From positions 384,001 to 448,000 of the forward strand of contig OZ243972.1 of the NCBI GenBank assembly GCA_965214705.1: a stretch of DNA of 64,000 nt. The letters are read 5' to 3'. The translations under genes and the position numbers were made by a program. The stretch comes from Alphaproteobacteria bacterium. GTDB lineage: Bacteria > Pseudomonadota > Alphaproteobacteria > UBA828. Below are positions 50,726 through 60,865 of this stretch, piece after piece. A model generated the notes under the pieces. The model worked only from the letters and a program-made list of their open reading frames with translations. It did no database searches and was not told the origin of the DNA. Position 1 is the stretch's first letter; each line of letters opens with the position of its first letter.

Positions 50726-51895
50726 ATGGCCGGCAGGGAACGCATGCGGCTGACCGACGCAGCCGTCGAACGTCTCCGTCCGCGAGAACGGGAATTCACC
50801 GTCTGGGACGACCGTACCCGCGGCCTCGGGGTCCGGGTCCGGCCCGGCGGCGGGAAGAGCTATGTGTGGCTGCGGCGATCCGGCGGGCGCTCGAAACGCA
50901 TCTCGCTGGGCCCGGTGTCGCTCAGGACCGTCGCCGAGGCGCGCAGGGAATGCCTCGCGCGGCAGCTCGCCCCGGAGCCCGACAGGGAGAGCGTGCCCAA
51001 AGGCCGCGCCCCCTCGTTCCGGGAGTTCGTCGAGGGCGAGTGGAAGGACGCGCATTTCGCGCGCTACAAGCCCTCCACGAAAACGGGTGTCCGCTCGCTC
51101 CTCGCGAGCCAGCTGATGCCGGAGTTCGGCTCGATCCCGCTCGACCGCATTGCCCCCTCGCGGGTCAGGCGGTGGTTCGACGCGTTCAGCCGGACCGCCC
51201 CGGTCAACGCCAACCGCGGCCTCGACGTCCTCCGCCAGATCATGAACTTCGCCATCGACCGCGGTCACGCCGGCGCCAACCCGGCCGCAGGCATCGAACC
51301 CAATCGCCGGCCGAAGCTCACACGCTTCCTCTCCCGCGAGGAGATCGCCCGCCTCCACAGGGCGCTCGACGGGCAAGCCGGGCGGGGCAACCGCCAGCAG
51401 GCCGACCTGATCCGGCTCCTGCTGCTGACCGGGTGCCGCAGGGGCGAGATCGTGCGCCTGCGCTGGTCCGAGGTCCAGGGCGACATGCTCATGCTGGCCG
51501 ACAGCAAGACCGGGCCCCGGAAGGTCCCCCTCAACTCGCAGGCCCGGCGTATTCTCGAACGGCAACCTCGGGGAGAGAGTCCATTCGTGTTTCCGTCGGC
51601 GCGCGATCCGTCCCGGCCGCGCCACCAGGACTTCAAGCTCTGGTACCGGGTCCGCAAGGAAGCCGGCATCGAGGATGTGCGCCTCCACGACCTCCGTCAT
51701 ACCGTGGCTAGCCACGCAGTGATGAACGGTGTGCCGGTGCCAGTGGTTTCGCGGCTGCTCGGACACTCCAATGTGCGAATGACCTTGCGCTACGCTCACC
51801 TCGCAGATCGCGACATTGAGGCAGCAGCCGAGAGGATCGGCCAGGCAATCGTTAGGAGAATGGGACTGGACGCACAACTGCCCCCCTTGGGTTGA
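50726..51895 (+). CDS. Tyrosine recombinase gene B of pair 2
   Basis: Colinear homolog of 1182-2330; again 3 nt after the gene A stop. Confidence 0.92.
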   Translation: MAGRERMRLTDAAVERLRPREREFTVWDDRTRGLGVRVRPGGGKSYVWLRRSGGRSKRISLGPVSLRTVAEARRECLARQLAPEPDRESVPKGRAPSFREFVEGEWKDAHFARYKPSTKTGVRSLLASQLMPEFGSIPLDRIAPSRVRRWFDAFSRTAPVNANRGLDVLRQIMNFAIDRGHAGANPAAGIEPNRRPKLTRFLSREEIARLHRALDGQAGRGNRQQADLIRLLLLTGCRRGEIVRLRWSEVQGDMLMLADSKTGPRKVPLNSQARRILERQPRGESPFVFPSARDPSRPRHQDFKLWYRVRKEAGIEDVRLHDLRHTVASHAVMNGVPVPVVSRLLGHSNVRMTLRYAHLADRDIEAAAERIGQAIVRRMGLDAQLPPLG

Positions 51896-51921
51896 GCCCG
51901 GCAAACCGACCCCATCCGGGC

Positions 51922-53151
51922 TCAAGATTTGGGCGGCCCGAACACCATCGGCGCATGGACAGCCGCAAACAGCGCGAAAGCGAGAGACCAGGCGCCGGCG
52001 GTTGCCCACAGGAGACTGACCTCGTAAGCGATTTCGAAGGCTGCGCGCGTGAACACCGGCACCGTGGCCAAAACGTAGATCGCCACGACCCAGGGCCCGG
52101 CGTGGAGATCGCGTCCGGTGTGGCCGCGGATCGCACGCGTCATGACCGCGAGCGTCATGCTTGCCATCGCGCCGATGGTCAGCACGTGCAGTGCCATTGC
52201 CTCGGACAGCCACTCCCCGAGCAGGGAGACCCCAAGCAGGCCGAGGCCGATGGCGAGCCACAGATAGCCGACATGTAATATGGTCAGAAGCGGCTCGGCC
52301 AGCGTCCTCCAGCCGCGCCAGCGCGCGAGCCGCGCGAGGTGGAGCAGACCCGCTGCGGTCAGGAGACCGCCCGCAACCGGCGCCGGCGCCGATGCCACCC
52401 AGGTCGCCAGTCCCACCCCCGTCACGGCGAGCGTGACTTTGTCGAACCTGCCCATGGGCGCCGCGATCTTCGGGCCGTCCCGCTTCGCGAACCAGTTGCG
52501 CGTGAAGCTCGGCACGATGCGCCCGCCGACCAACGCCAGCAGCAGCGACGCCACGGCGATTGAAAGCCGAACGGCAACCTCCTCGAGGTTCGCCGCGTCC
52601 ATCGCGGAGAGGTGGAACAGCACGTTGGCGGCGACCATCAGCCCGAGCCCGGCGAGGACCGGCAGGTTGCGCCAATTGCGGCCTGCGACGATCTCGTTGG
52701 CGACGAAGACCGCGAGCCCGGCCAGAAAGACGAGATCGAGGAGAGCCGTCGGAACCGGGCCGATTGCGTTGCTCCACCATATGGCGGCCCGGCCGGCGAG
52801 CCAGGCGAGCGCGAGCACGGCAAGCGGCAAGCCGCGCACGGGCAGGCGCCCGGTCCAGTTCGGCACTGCGGTCAGCACGAAGCCGCCGAGCACGGCACCG
52901 ACATAGCCGAACATCATTTCGTGGGCGTGCCATGTTACGGGACCGAACCGACCAGGGTACGAAATCGCGCCCGTCCACACCGCGATCCATAGCGGTGTGG
53001 CGAGCGCTGCCCAGAGCCCGGCCATGAAGAACAGGGGCCGAAATCCTTCGCGCAGAAACTGCGGACCGGAATAGCGGCGGCGCCATTCGAGCCGTGTCTC
53101 GTTGGATATGTCTGTGCTCATGATCGCTTCGTCCCTCCCAATGGCAGACAT
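51922..53151 (-). CDS. nnrS: NnrS-family membrane protein
   Basis: GFRPLFF, WHAHEMMFGY, LTAVPNWTG, GGRIVPSFTRNW, ILHVGYLW, MTRAIRGHTGR; start may be 53121. Confidence 0.93.
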   Translation of the reverse strand: MSAIGRDEAIMSTDISNETRLEWRRRYSGPQFLREGFRPLFFMAGLWAALATPLWIAVWTGAISYPGRFGPVTWHAHEMMFGYVGAVLGGFVLTAVPNWTGRLPVRGLPLAVLALAWLAGRAAIWWSNAIGPVPTALLDLVFLAGLAVFVANEIVAGRNWRNLPVLAGLGLMVAANVLFHLSAMDAANLEEVAVRLSIAVASLLLALVGGRIVPSFTRNWFAKRDGPKIAAPMGRFDKVTLAVTGVGLATWVASAPAPVAGGLLTAAGLLHLARLARWRGWRTLAEPLLTILHVGYLWLAIGLGLLGVSLLGEWLSEAMALHVLTIGAMASMTLAVMTRAIRGHTGRDLHAGPWVVAIYVLATVPVFTRAAFEIAYEVSLLWATAGAWSLAFALFAAVHAPMVFGPPKS

Positions 53152-53154
53152 GCC

Positions 53155-54645
53155 CTAACCCGAACTTCCTGAGCAGATATTGAGCTAAGTCGTTGCGGTG
53201 GCTTTCCAAACCACCGTTTCGCGGAGTCGCGTACTGGGTACGCTACAGGCTGACGCCGAGCAGATCGAGCGCCTGGCGCTGTACCGGCGTCGGCTTGGTG
53301 ACCAGATCGAAGGGCGGTGCTCCGGCGAGTTTCGGTTGAACGCGGTTCCTGGCGATGGTCGCCAAATCATCGAGGAGCGTGCGGAAGCTGTGCACCGGCA
53401 TCCCGTCTGGCGTGCGTTTGCCGGCGGCCTTGCGACGGGCGGAGGGCGAGGGCTTTGCCGGTGAGACGATGGAAGCGCGCGCGGCGTCCGCAGCGGCCGG
53501 GTCGTCCTCGTCGAACAGGATGGGGGCGAGCCTTTGGCGCATGTGCCATTCGACGTGGTAGGCGAGCATGCACAGCAGCACGTGGGCGCGCACGCGCTCG
53601 GGGAGGTAGTGGTGGATGGGCCGCACCTTGAGGTCGACGGTCTTGACGCTGCGCAAGGCGCGCTCGATGCGGCTCAATCCCTTGTAGGCGCGCACCGTGT
53701 CCTCGGCTCCGAGCTCGCCCTCGGGCACGCTGGTGCGGATGACGTAGAGACCATCGAGCGCCGCCTCCTCGGCGATCCGCTCCCGGTTGCGCTGCCAGGT
53801 GAAGCCGTCATCGGCGATCTCCAGCTCGAAGTGCCTGGCGACCTTGTGCCTGCCGATGACCTTGCCCACGCGCAGGCCGATCTTGTCCTTGCCGGCGAGG
53901 CGGCGCTTGGCGCTCGGATCTCGTCGAGGTCGCGCTCGGTGGCCTGGAGCAGGGCCTCGCGCTTGCGCGCCCTCTCGACGGCGAGCAGCGGGTTGCGGCA
54001 GGCGATCAGGCGTTCGCCGGGGAAGTCGGGATGATGGATCTCGGCCAGGTCGCGCTGGTCGAAGAGCGAGGGCTGCAGCGTTCCGCCGGAGGCCAGCTCC
54101 CGGATCGCCGGCGCCCGCAGCGCGCTGATCCACTCCAGCCCGGCCGGCTTCACTTCCTCGCGGATGCGCGCCTCGGTGAGCATGCCGCGATCGCCCACCA
54201 GCACCACCCGCGAGAGGCCGAAGCGCCGGCGCAGCTTGTCGATCTGGGAGCCCAGGGTGGCGGGATCGGCGGTGTTGCCCTCGAACACCTCCACCGCCAC
54301 CGGGCAGCCCTGCGCGTTGCACAGCAGCCCGAACACGATCTGCAGCTTGCCGCGCTTGCCGTCGCGGGAGTAGCCGTGATGCGCCAGCGGGCAGCAGCGC
54401 CCCTCCAGCCATGTCGAGGTGACGTCGTAGAGTACCAGAGCGCCGTCCTCGAGGTGACGCTCGGCCAGACGCCGTTCGACCCTGCCCTGGCGCTCAAGCA
54501 GCCAGTCCATCGCCTGGTAGAGTTCGTCTTCGTCGACCTCGCCCAGGTCGAGGGCCTCGCCGAGGCCGCAGCTCAGGGTGTCGCCGCTGAGCCCGCGTGC
54601 GGTGGCGAGCTTCGAGCGCGGCGCCACGATGCGGGCGGCGATCAT
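53155..54645 (-). pseudogene. IS1634-family transposase remnant (5'-truncated, frameshift near 53915)
   Basis: LYDVTSTWLEG, GYSRDGK, VGDRGM, DGLYVIRT, YKGLSRIERA.R, RPIHH. Confidence 0.88.
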
Positions 54646-55205
54646 GGCTGGAGGTCCGCGCCGGTCCCCTCCCGGATGATGGTGAGCGCATGTCGCACCT
54701 CGGTCTCGCAGCCGAGCGCCCGCGCATCGGCCGCAAGCTCCTCCACCCGTTCGGACGCATAGTCGTCGATGTCCGCTCGCCCGATGCCGGAGTCACGGTC
54801 GCCGAAGAAGGCTAGGATACCGTAGCGCTGGGCGATCCAGCGGTCCTCCGCGACAATCTTGGTCAGCGGCTCGGGCGCCAGCGTCCCGTCGCGGTCCTGG
54901 CACGAGAGCCGGCGGATGAGGCAGGCATGGAGCGCCGCGATACACACCGCATCCTCAAGGCGCGTGCAGACGTCGCAGATGCGCAACTCCATCGTTGGAT
55001 AGGCGTGGGAGGGGCGGATGTCCCACCAGAGCGCGCTGGCATCCGCGATGAACGTCCGCCGCCGGTACTCCGCGACGAGCGCGTCGTAGTCCGAGCGCGA
55101 CTCCAACAGGCGGGCAGGCCGCCGAAGAGCGTGAGGCGGTAGGACTTGAAACCCGTCTCGCGCCGGGCAACGAAGGGCGAGGAGGTTGAAAGCGCATGGA
55201 GCAGC
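54642..55205 (-). pseudogene. Carboxylate-amine ligase (YbdK/GCS2-like) fragment
   Basis: ALSTSSPF...TGFKSYR, then frameshift to LWWDIRPS..YPTMELRICD, RWIAQRYG. Confidence 0.8.
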
Positions 55206-55473
55206 GGCAGATGCCGTCCGCTGCCGGCCGGGCTTCGCCTCCCGTCGGCGTGCGGGCAGCGGCGCGGCGCGAGGCGTGCCGGGGTGGCGGACGCCGCCGC
55301 TTCGTCATCCGGGGACGCTCGAGGCGGAGGACGGGTCGTGCGTCGGCCTGTCGCAGCGTTCCGGCCGTGGCTATGATGGCGACCCGGCGGCAGAGACCAC
55401 TCCGCTGCAACCATTCGGCCGGTGGCCCGGCGGCGGGTAGGCCCGGCAGCTCAAGGAAGGCAAGTCGTTCGGA

Positions 55474-56316
55474 ATGCGGGAAGGCGGTTCAGGATCGGCG
55501 CCCGGCGCCACGGTCGTTGCAACGGTCAAATGGTTCAATCCGGTGAAGGGGTTCGGCTTCCTGGCGCCCGCCGACGGCTCTCCCGACGTGTTCTGCCATA
55601 TCTCGGCGGTGTCGCGGGCGGGCTTCGACACTCTGCCCGAGGGCGCGACCGTCACGTGTGAGGTCGAGCAGGGTCGTCAGGGTCTGCAGGTCTGGCAGAT
55701 CCATGCCGTCGATACGTCGACCGCGACTGCGGGCCCGGCGAGGAGCGGCGTGCCGCCGCGCGGCGATTACGGACATTTGCACGGCGAGCGGGGTCCGGCT
55801 CCGTCCCGCCGCGTTGTGGCTGCCGTGAAGTGGTTCAATCCGGCGAAGGGTTTCGGCTTTCTGGTTCCCGACGACGGCTCGCCCGACGTGTTCTGCCATG
55901 CCTCGGCGGTCCGGGACGCCGGATACGACACGCTGCTGCAGGGCGCGAACGTGACCTGCGAGGTGGCGGAAGGCCAGCGGGGTCCGATGGTGTCGTCCAT
56001 CGTGGCTGTCGATACCTCGACCGCCATCGTCGAACCAGCGGGCCGCGACGAGCCGTACCGGGACCGGCGTGAGCGAAGGTGGGACCGCGTCGAGCCGGCC
56101 GGGCCGGTCGAGGAGCGTTCCGGCCTGGTCAAGTTCTTCAACGCCGCCAAGGGATACGGCTTCGTGGTGCCGGACGACGGCGGGCCGGACGTGTTCGTGC
56201 CGGGCAGCGTGCTCGATCGCGCGGGTCTGGGCGGCCTGCATACGGGCCAGCGCGTGAGCGTGGTGGTGGAGCAGGGAGCGCGCGGCCTTCAGGCGAGGGA
56301 TATCGAGCTCATCTGA
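55474..56316 (+). CDS. Protein with three tandem cold-shock domains
   Basis: Three VK(W/F)FN..KG(F/Y)GF...DG..DVF units. Confidence 0.92.
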   Translation: MREGGSGSAPGATVVATVKWFNPVKGFGFLAPADGSPDVFCHISAVSRAGFDTLPEGATVTCEVEQGRQGLQVWQIHAVDTSTATAGPARSGVPPRGDYGHLHGERGPAPSRRVVAAVKWFNPAKGFGFLVPDDGSPDVFCHASAVRDAGYDTLLQGANVTCEVAEGQRGPMVSSIVAVDTSTAIVEPAGRDEPYRDRRERRWDRVEPAGPVEERSGLVKFFNAAKGYGFVVPDDGGPDVFVPGSVLDRAGLGGLHTGQRVSVVVEQGARGLQARDIELI

Positions 56317-56403
56317 GGCGGAACTCCGGCGCGCGCCGGTACGTCTCACATGCCGGGATGTACAGCCGGATCGAGGGCGCCGTTCCGGCAAAGCGGCGGG
56401 GAG

Positions 56404-56745
56404 CTATTCCACCATCCGCCTGAGGCCCGCCAGGGGCTGAAGCTTGACCGCCGCCGAGGCCGGCTTCGCAGGCACGTCGATCTCCTCCCCCGTCCGCGGC
56501 GAGATCATCGTCCGCGCCTTCCTGGCGGACTTGCGCACGCGCCTGATCCTGAGCAGACCGGGCAGCGTGAAGGTGCCGACGGCGCGCTTCCTGATATGGC
56601 GGTCGATGACGAGCCCGAGCTCATCGAGGACCGCAGCGACGTCCTTCTTCGGAAGCCCGGTCGACTCCGAGAGCGACGCCAGTAGCTGGCTCTTGGTCAT
56701 CGCTTCCTTGAGCGCCGTGGCCTTGCGGGAACGGGATGTCGTCAT
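56404..56745 (-). CDS. HU-family DNA-binding protein
   Basis: MTKSQLLASLSESTGLPKKDV, FTLPGL, ARKARTMISPRTGEEI.VPAKPAS. Confidence 0.88.
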   Translation of the reverse strand: MTTSRSRKATALKEAMTKSQLLASLSESTGLPKKDVAAVLDELGLVIDRHIRKRAVGTFTLPGLLRIRRVRKSARKARTMISPRTGEEIDVPAKPASAAVKLQPLAGLRRMVE

Positions 56746-57056
56746 GTGCTGGACCTCCGGTGATTGTGGGGCGGCTGCATACTACGCCGAGGAGCGGGCG
56801 CCAAGGACCGCCGCCCCATTCCGGGGCCTCGCCGGCAGTTTCCGGGTCCTCGAACCGGGTCTGGGCCGGCCGGCGGCCGAGCGGGCGGTCTCCACACGGT
56901 TCGGTCGGGCGCTCCCGCTTGCGCTCCGGCAGGCGTGCAAGCTCGTCCAGGAGATCGCCGCTGAAAGACTGCGCCCTCTCACCCAGGTGCGCCGGTCTCG
57001 CGGCTTGCCCGAACAATCCGTGTGGGTAGTTTGACGGGTAGAGGGGGCCAGCAAGC

Positions 57057-57830
57057 ATGGCAGCGAGGACGGACAACGATCGGCCCACGGTCCGCATCGC
57101 CACCTGGAATGTCGCGTGGGCAGTAGCGGACAGCGAGCGGGGCACTCGGATTGCCGCTGCCCTGAAGGCGCCCGATTGCGACATCGTGTGCGTGACCGAG
57201 GGGTGCGCGGACATCCTCCCGGCCGGCGGCCATGCCATCGATGCCGGACCGGCTTTGGGCTACGGCCTCGAAGAGACGCAGCGCAACGTCCTGCTCTGGA
57301 GCAGGCACCCGTGGGCCGCCGCGGACATCGGCATCTCGAGTGCGCTCCCGGCCGGGAGGCTGGTGGCGGGGATCACCCTGACCGCACTGGGCCCGCTGAC
57401 GGTGGTCGGGGTCTGCATTCCCCGGCGGGATGCGAACGTGCGCTCGGGCCGCAAGGACCGCAGCCAGTGGCAGGAGCACGAGGCGTGGCTGGCGGGGTTC
57501 GAGAGTCTGCCGTACCGGCATGCGAAGAGACGCACGGTCGTTCTCGGCGACTTCAATCAGCGGGTTCCGCGACGGTCGCAGCCGAAGGGGGTGCATGCGG
57601 CGCTGCTGCACGCGTTCGAGGGTTTCTGCTTCGCGACTGCCGGGGAGATGGAGGGTGCACCGGGCAGGGCGCTCGATCACATCGCCCATACGCCGGACAT
57701 GGCGCTGGCCGGCGGCATCGGGTTGTGGCCCCGGGAAGACCGTCACGACAATCGCCTGTCCGGCCGCTTCGGAGTATGGGGCGACTTCGCCTTCGGCGCG
57801 ACCGGCAGGCGGCTCGCAAGATGGGCTTGA
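57057..57830 (+). CDS. Endonuclease/exonuclease/phosphatase (EEP) family protein
   Basis: RIATWNV, DIVCVTE, VLGDFN, LDHI; the terminal SDH motif reads SGR, so it may be damaged. Confidence 0.82.
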   Translation: MAARTDNDRPTVRIATWNVAWAVADSERGTRIAAALKAPDCDIVCVTEGCADILPAGGHAIDAGPALGYGLEETQRNVLLWSRHPWAAADIGISSALPAGRLVAGITLTALGPLTVVGVCIPRRDANVRSGRKDRSQWQEHEAWLAGFESLPYRHAKRRTVVLGDFNQRVPRRSQPKGVHAALLHAFEGFCFATAGEMEGAPGRALDHIAHTPDMALAGGIGLWPREDRHDNRLSGRFGVWGDFAFGATGRRLARWA

Positions 57831-58084
57831 GGATTGTCGCGTCATTGCCGGAGGGAGCGTGCCGGACCGGCGCGTCCGGTCGTGGCCGTTCCCGGATCGA
57901 TGGTCACTTGGCGGGATGGCTGAATTGCGGGAGGAGAAACCGGCGGCTTCGCGTTGACGCGGCCGGTCAGCGCGAGACCGTCTTGCCCGGGATTTAGTCC
58001 TTCTGCCGGGCTTGAACGCAGTCGGGAATCTTCCCATCCTGACGAAGGATAGTTCCATGGTCGTCGGTCCGCGTCGAGCAGCGC

Positions 58085-60079
58085 ATGCGCGCCGGCGGGC
58101 GACTGGAGTCTCGCACGGAGGAAAGGTCGATCCTGGTGCAACCCATCGCTTGCGTGCCGGAGGCGGCCGCGGAAGACGGCCTCCAGCCGGCGGTGCTGCC
58201 GGAGTTCGTGACGCCGGACTGGCTGAAGGAGAACCACCACCTGATGAGGGCCGACCTGCGGAAGCTGGCGTCGGCGATGGCGGAGGACTATTCGGACTGG
58301 CCGGCGGCGGTGGACGGCAGCGACGAAGGGACGTTCTGGCGCGCCGTTCACACCCTTGCGCAGCGCTGGGCGTGGTTCCTGTGGCTGTTCGAGGAGCGGA
58401 TCCTCGAACTGTTCGGCCGGGTCAAGGGGCGCAAGAAGCAGCTCGGCCGGCTGGTTCTCAAGTCGGCCTCCGAGCGGGCGCAGGCGCTGCGCCCCGCCAC
58501 GCCGGGCGTCTCCGAGGAAACGATGCTCGACCATCTCGAGACGCTCTGGGAGGAGGGGGAGCGCGAACTTGTCGCGCAATCGGTCTGGGTCCTGTGGTGC
58601 ACCGGAGGCCCCGAGGCCCGCTATATGATGTCATCCTGGCTGGAGGAGCCCGAGATCGAGCGCCTGGTAGGGCATGCGGTCCATCGCAGCCGCTTCCGGG
58701 GCCTTGGCGATCGCGACGATCTGGTGGATCGGCTGGCCTGCGAGGCGGCCGGGCCGCATCTGGAGAGGCTGGCCGCGCGCGCCGACGACGACTGCGCCCT
58801 GCTGCGCAAGGACATGGCCGATGCCTACAGCAGGCTGAAGACGTATGTCACCGAGCATGACGAAGCGTCAGCGAGCCTTTTGTCGTACCTGGTTCTTGAG
58901 TTTGCAGCGCTCGCTGACGAGCTTGCCGAGATCGAGATCGCGCGGAACCTGGCCCTTGCGCGCAGCCGCCACGGCGCCCTGCGCACGCTGCTGGAGGGAG
59001 CCGTCGGGGCGGCGGGGCAAACGGCGCCTGCCGAGGAGGCGGGTGCGCTGACGGGGCGAATCGAAGCGCTGTTGCGGGACACCGCCCTGCCGCGCTGTAT
59101 CCCCGACCCCGAGTGGGAGAACTGCCGTGAGCAGGCGGAGCGCTTCCGCAGCGCGATCGTCGAGCCGGGCGCGCACGAGCTTGCCCTGCGGGAGGCGTCC
59201 GGCCGCTACGCCGAGAACCCCAGCGCGGAGAACCTCGAGGCGCTGCACGCGGCGGCCTCGGCCGAGCGCGAACACCCGCGTTCGCTCGAGCCGGCGAAAG
59301 AGGCGCTGGACGAGGTCACCGCCTGTCTCGGCGATCTCGTGCAGCGTTTCGGTTCCCTGGCGGACCGCGACGGAGCGGAAGAGGAGGAGGTCGACGGCGG
59401 GGAGGCGTTCGGCGGCAGGACGCGTGATCACGAGCGCGCGCTGCGCGCCGAGATCGGCGATCTGAAGGCTGCGAACCGGACGGCGGAGGAGCGGATTGCA
59501 GCTCTCGAGCAGGCTCTCGCCGACGCCGGAGCGGAAAACGACGGGCTGCGGCGCGAGAAGCACCGGCTGCAGCAGCGGCTCGCCGCCATCGATGGCGCAC
59601 GGGATCCCTCCCCGGCGGAAGACGAGACGGTGCCTGCGCTTGAGAGCTACGCCGATCTTCCGTCCTGGGCGGAGCGGCATTTTCAGGGGCGCGTGGTGCT
59701 CGCCGGACGCGCGCTCAGGGCGCTCAAGAGCGCGGGGTTCGAGGACGTGGGTCTCGTCGGCAGGGCGATCGAGGTGCTGGCAGGAAGCTACTGGCGGATG
59801 AAGACCGGCGGCGGCGGCAAGGCGCTGCGCGATGCCTTCGAGGGCGAACTGCGCGAAGTGCGGCTGCAGGAGACGAAGAGCATCAGCCGGGACCGGCAGG
59901 GCAAGGCGCGCGACGACTTTTCGATCGACTGGGACGGCCGCAGGCTCATGCTGGACCGCCAACTGAAGAACAACACGAAGACGCGCGATCCCAGGCACTG
60001 CCTTCGTGTGTATTTCACCTGGGACGAGGCGACCCGGCAGGTCGTGATCGGTCATCTTCCCGGACACATGAGAACATAA
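58085..60079 (+). CDS. Hypothetical coiled-coil protein with C-terminal RelE/ParE-like domain
   Basis: Long ORF with consistent codon bias, heptad region, C-terminal RDPRHCLRVYFTWD..VVIGHLPGH; fold assignment is inference. Confidence 0.6.
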   Translation: MRAGGRLESRTEERSILVQPIACVPEAAAEDGLQPAVLPEFVTPDWLKENHHLMRADLRKLASAMAEDYSDWPAAVDGSDEGTFWRAVHTLAQRWAWFLWLFEERILELFGRVKGRKKQLGRLVLKSASERAQALRPATPGVSEETMLDHLETLWEEGERELVAQSVWVLWCTGGPEARYMMSSWLEEPEIERLVGHAVHRSRFRGLGDRDDLVDRLACEAAGPHLERLAARADDDCALLRKDMADAYSRLKTYVTEHDEASASLLSYLVLEFAALADELAEIEIARNLALARSRHGALRTLLEGAVGAAGQTAPAEEAGALTGRIEALLRDTALPRCIPDPEWENCREQAERFRSAIVEPGAHELALREASGRYAENPSAENLEALHAAASAEREHPRSLEPAKEALDEVTACLGDLVQRFGSLADRDGAEEEEVDGGEAFGGRTRDHERALRAEIGDLKAANRTAEERIAALEQALADAGAENDGLRREKHRLQQRLAAIDGARDPSPAEDETVPALESYADLPSWAERHFQGRVVLAGRALRALKSAGFEDVGLVGRAIEVLAGSYWRMKTGGGGKALRDAFEGELREVRLQETKSISRDRQGKARDDFSIDWDGRRLMLDRQLKNNTKTRDPRHCLRVYFTWDEATRQVVIGHLPGHMRT

Positions 60080-60254
60080 CCAGGCACCGGCCTCCGATGA
60101 CCGCAGCCCGATCGGCGAGAGCCGGCCGGCCCGGCTGGCATCCCCGTTGTCCTTTGCGCTCAGCAGATCCTCCCCGATGCTGGCGGCGATCCGCGAAGCA
60201 GCCTCGTGCACGGAGTCCTGCGCCAAGTGCGCGTGTCTGGCGATCGTCTCCACT

Positions 60255-60680
60255 TTGGGGTGAGCCGGCCGGCGTCGATGCGCCCGTCCCGGCGCTCACG
60301 GAAGGCGCCGCCGGCGCAGCGGAGGATCTCCGCCACGCCAGCGCGCTCGGGCACCACGGCGGTTCAGCTGCGCAGGACCGGGAAGCCCGAGAGGGGGTGG
60401 TCGAGGGCCTCGAACATCTTACCGGTGGCGCGCGCGTAGCCGCGGGTCGTGTCGGCGCTTCGATGCCCGAGCGCGTCGCGGATCACCTCGATGTTGCCGC
60501 CGCGCTCAAGCAGATGGGTCGCGGCCGAATGACGCAGGCTGTGGAAGCTGTGGCAGGGGGCGATGCCAACCCGCTCGCGGGCCTTCTTGAAGGCACGGTG
60601 CAGGGTCGCCGCCGAGATGTGCTCGTCGAGCGAAGCGCCGTAAAATGGCCAGCTTGCCGGCTGCGGCCAGGCCTCGCTGG
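60255..60680 (-). pseudogene. Remnant of a second IS91-like element (recombinase C-terminus plus transposase start)
   Basis: FHSLRHSAATHLLERGG..LGHRSADTT followed by VPERAGVAEILR; homologous to about 6060-6470. Confidence 0.85.
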
Positions 60681-60865
60681 CGGAGACGATCACCTGGCTG
60701 CCCGCCGTCGAGAACCGGGGCGAAGGCGTGTTCGTCTCGTTCAGGCAGGACCGGGTGGAGAAATGGCTGTCGCGACTTGGCGTTCAGGCGCGCGCCCGCC
60801 GGATCGAGGCCGGCTGGACGGCATGGGCCCGGGAGCGTCAGCGTCCGGAGGATGGATTCCCCGGA

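Noticed and set aside
49679-53209. 1176-aa minus-strand ORF
   Set aside because: Alternate frame of nnrS and antisense to the integrase pair.
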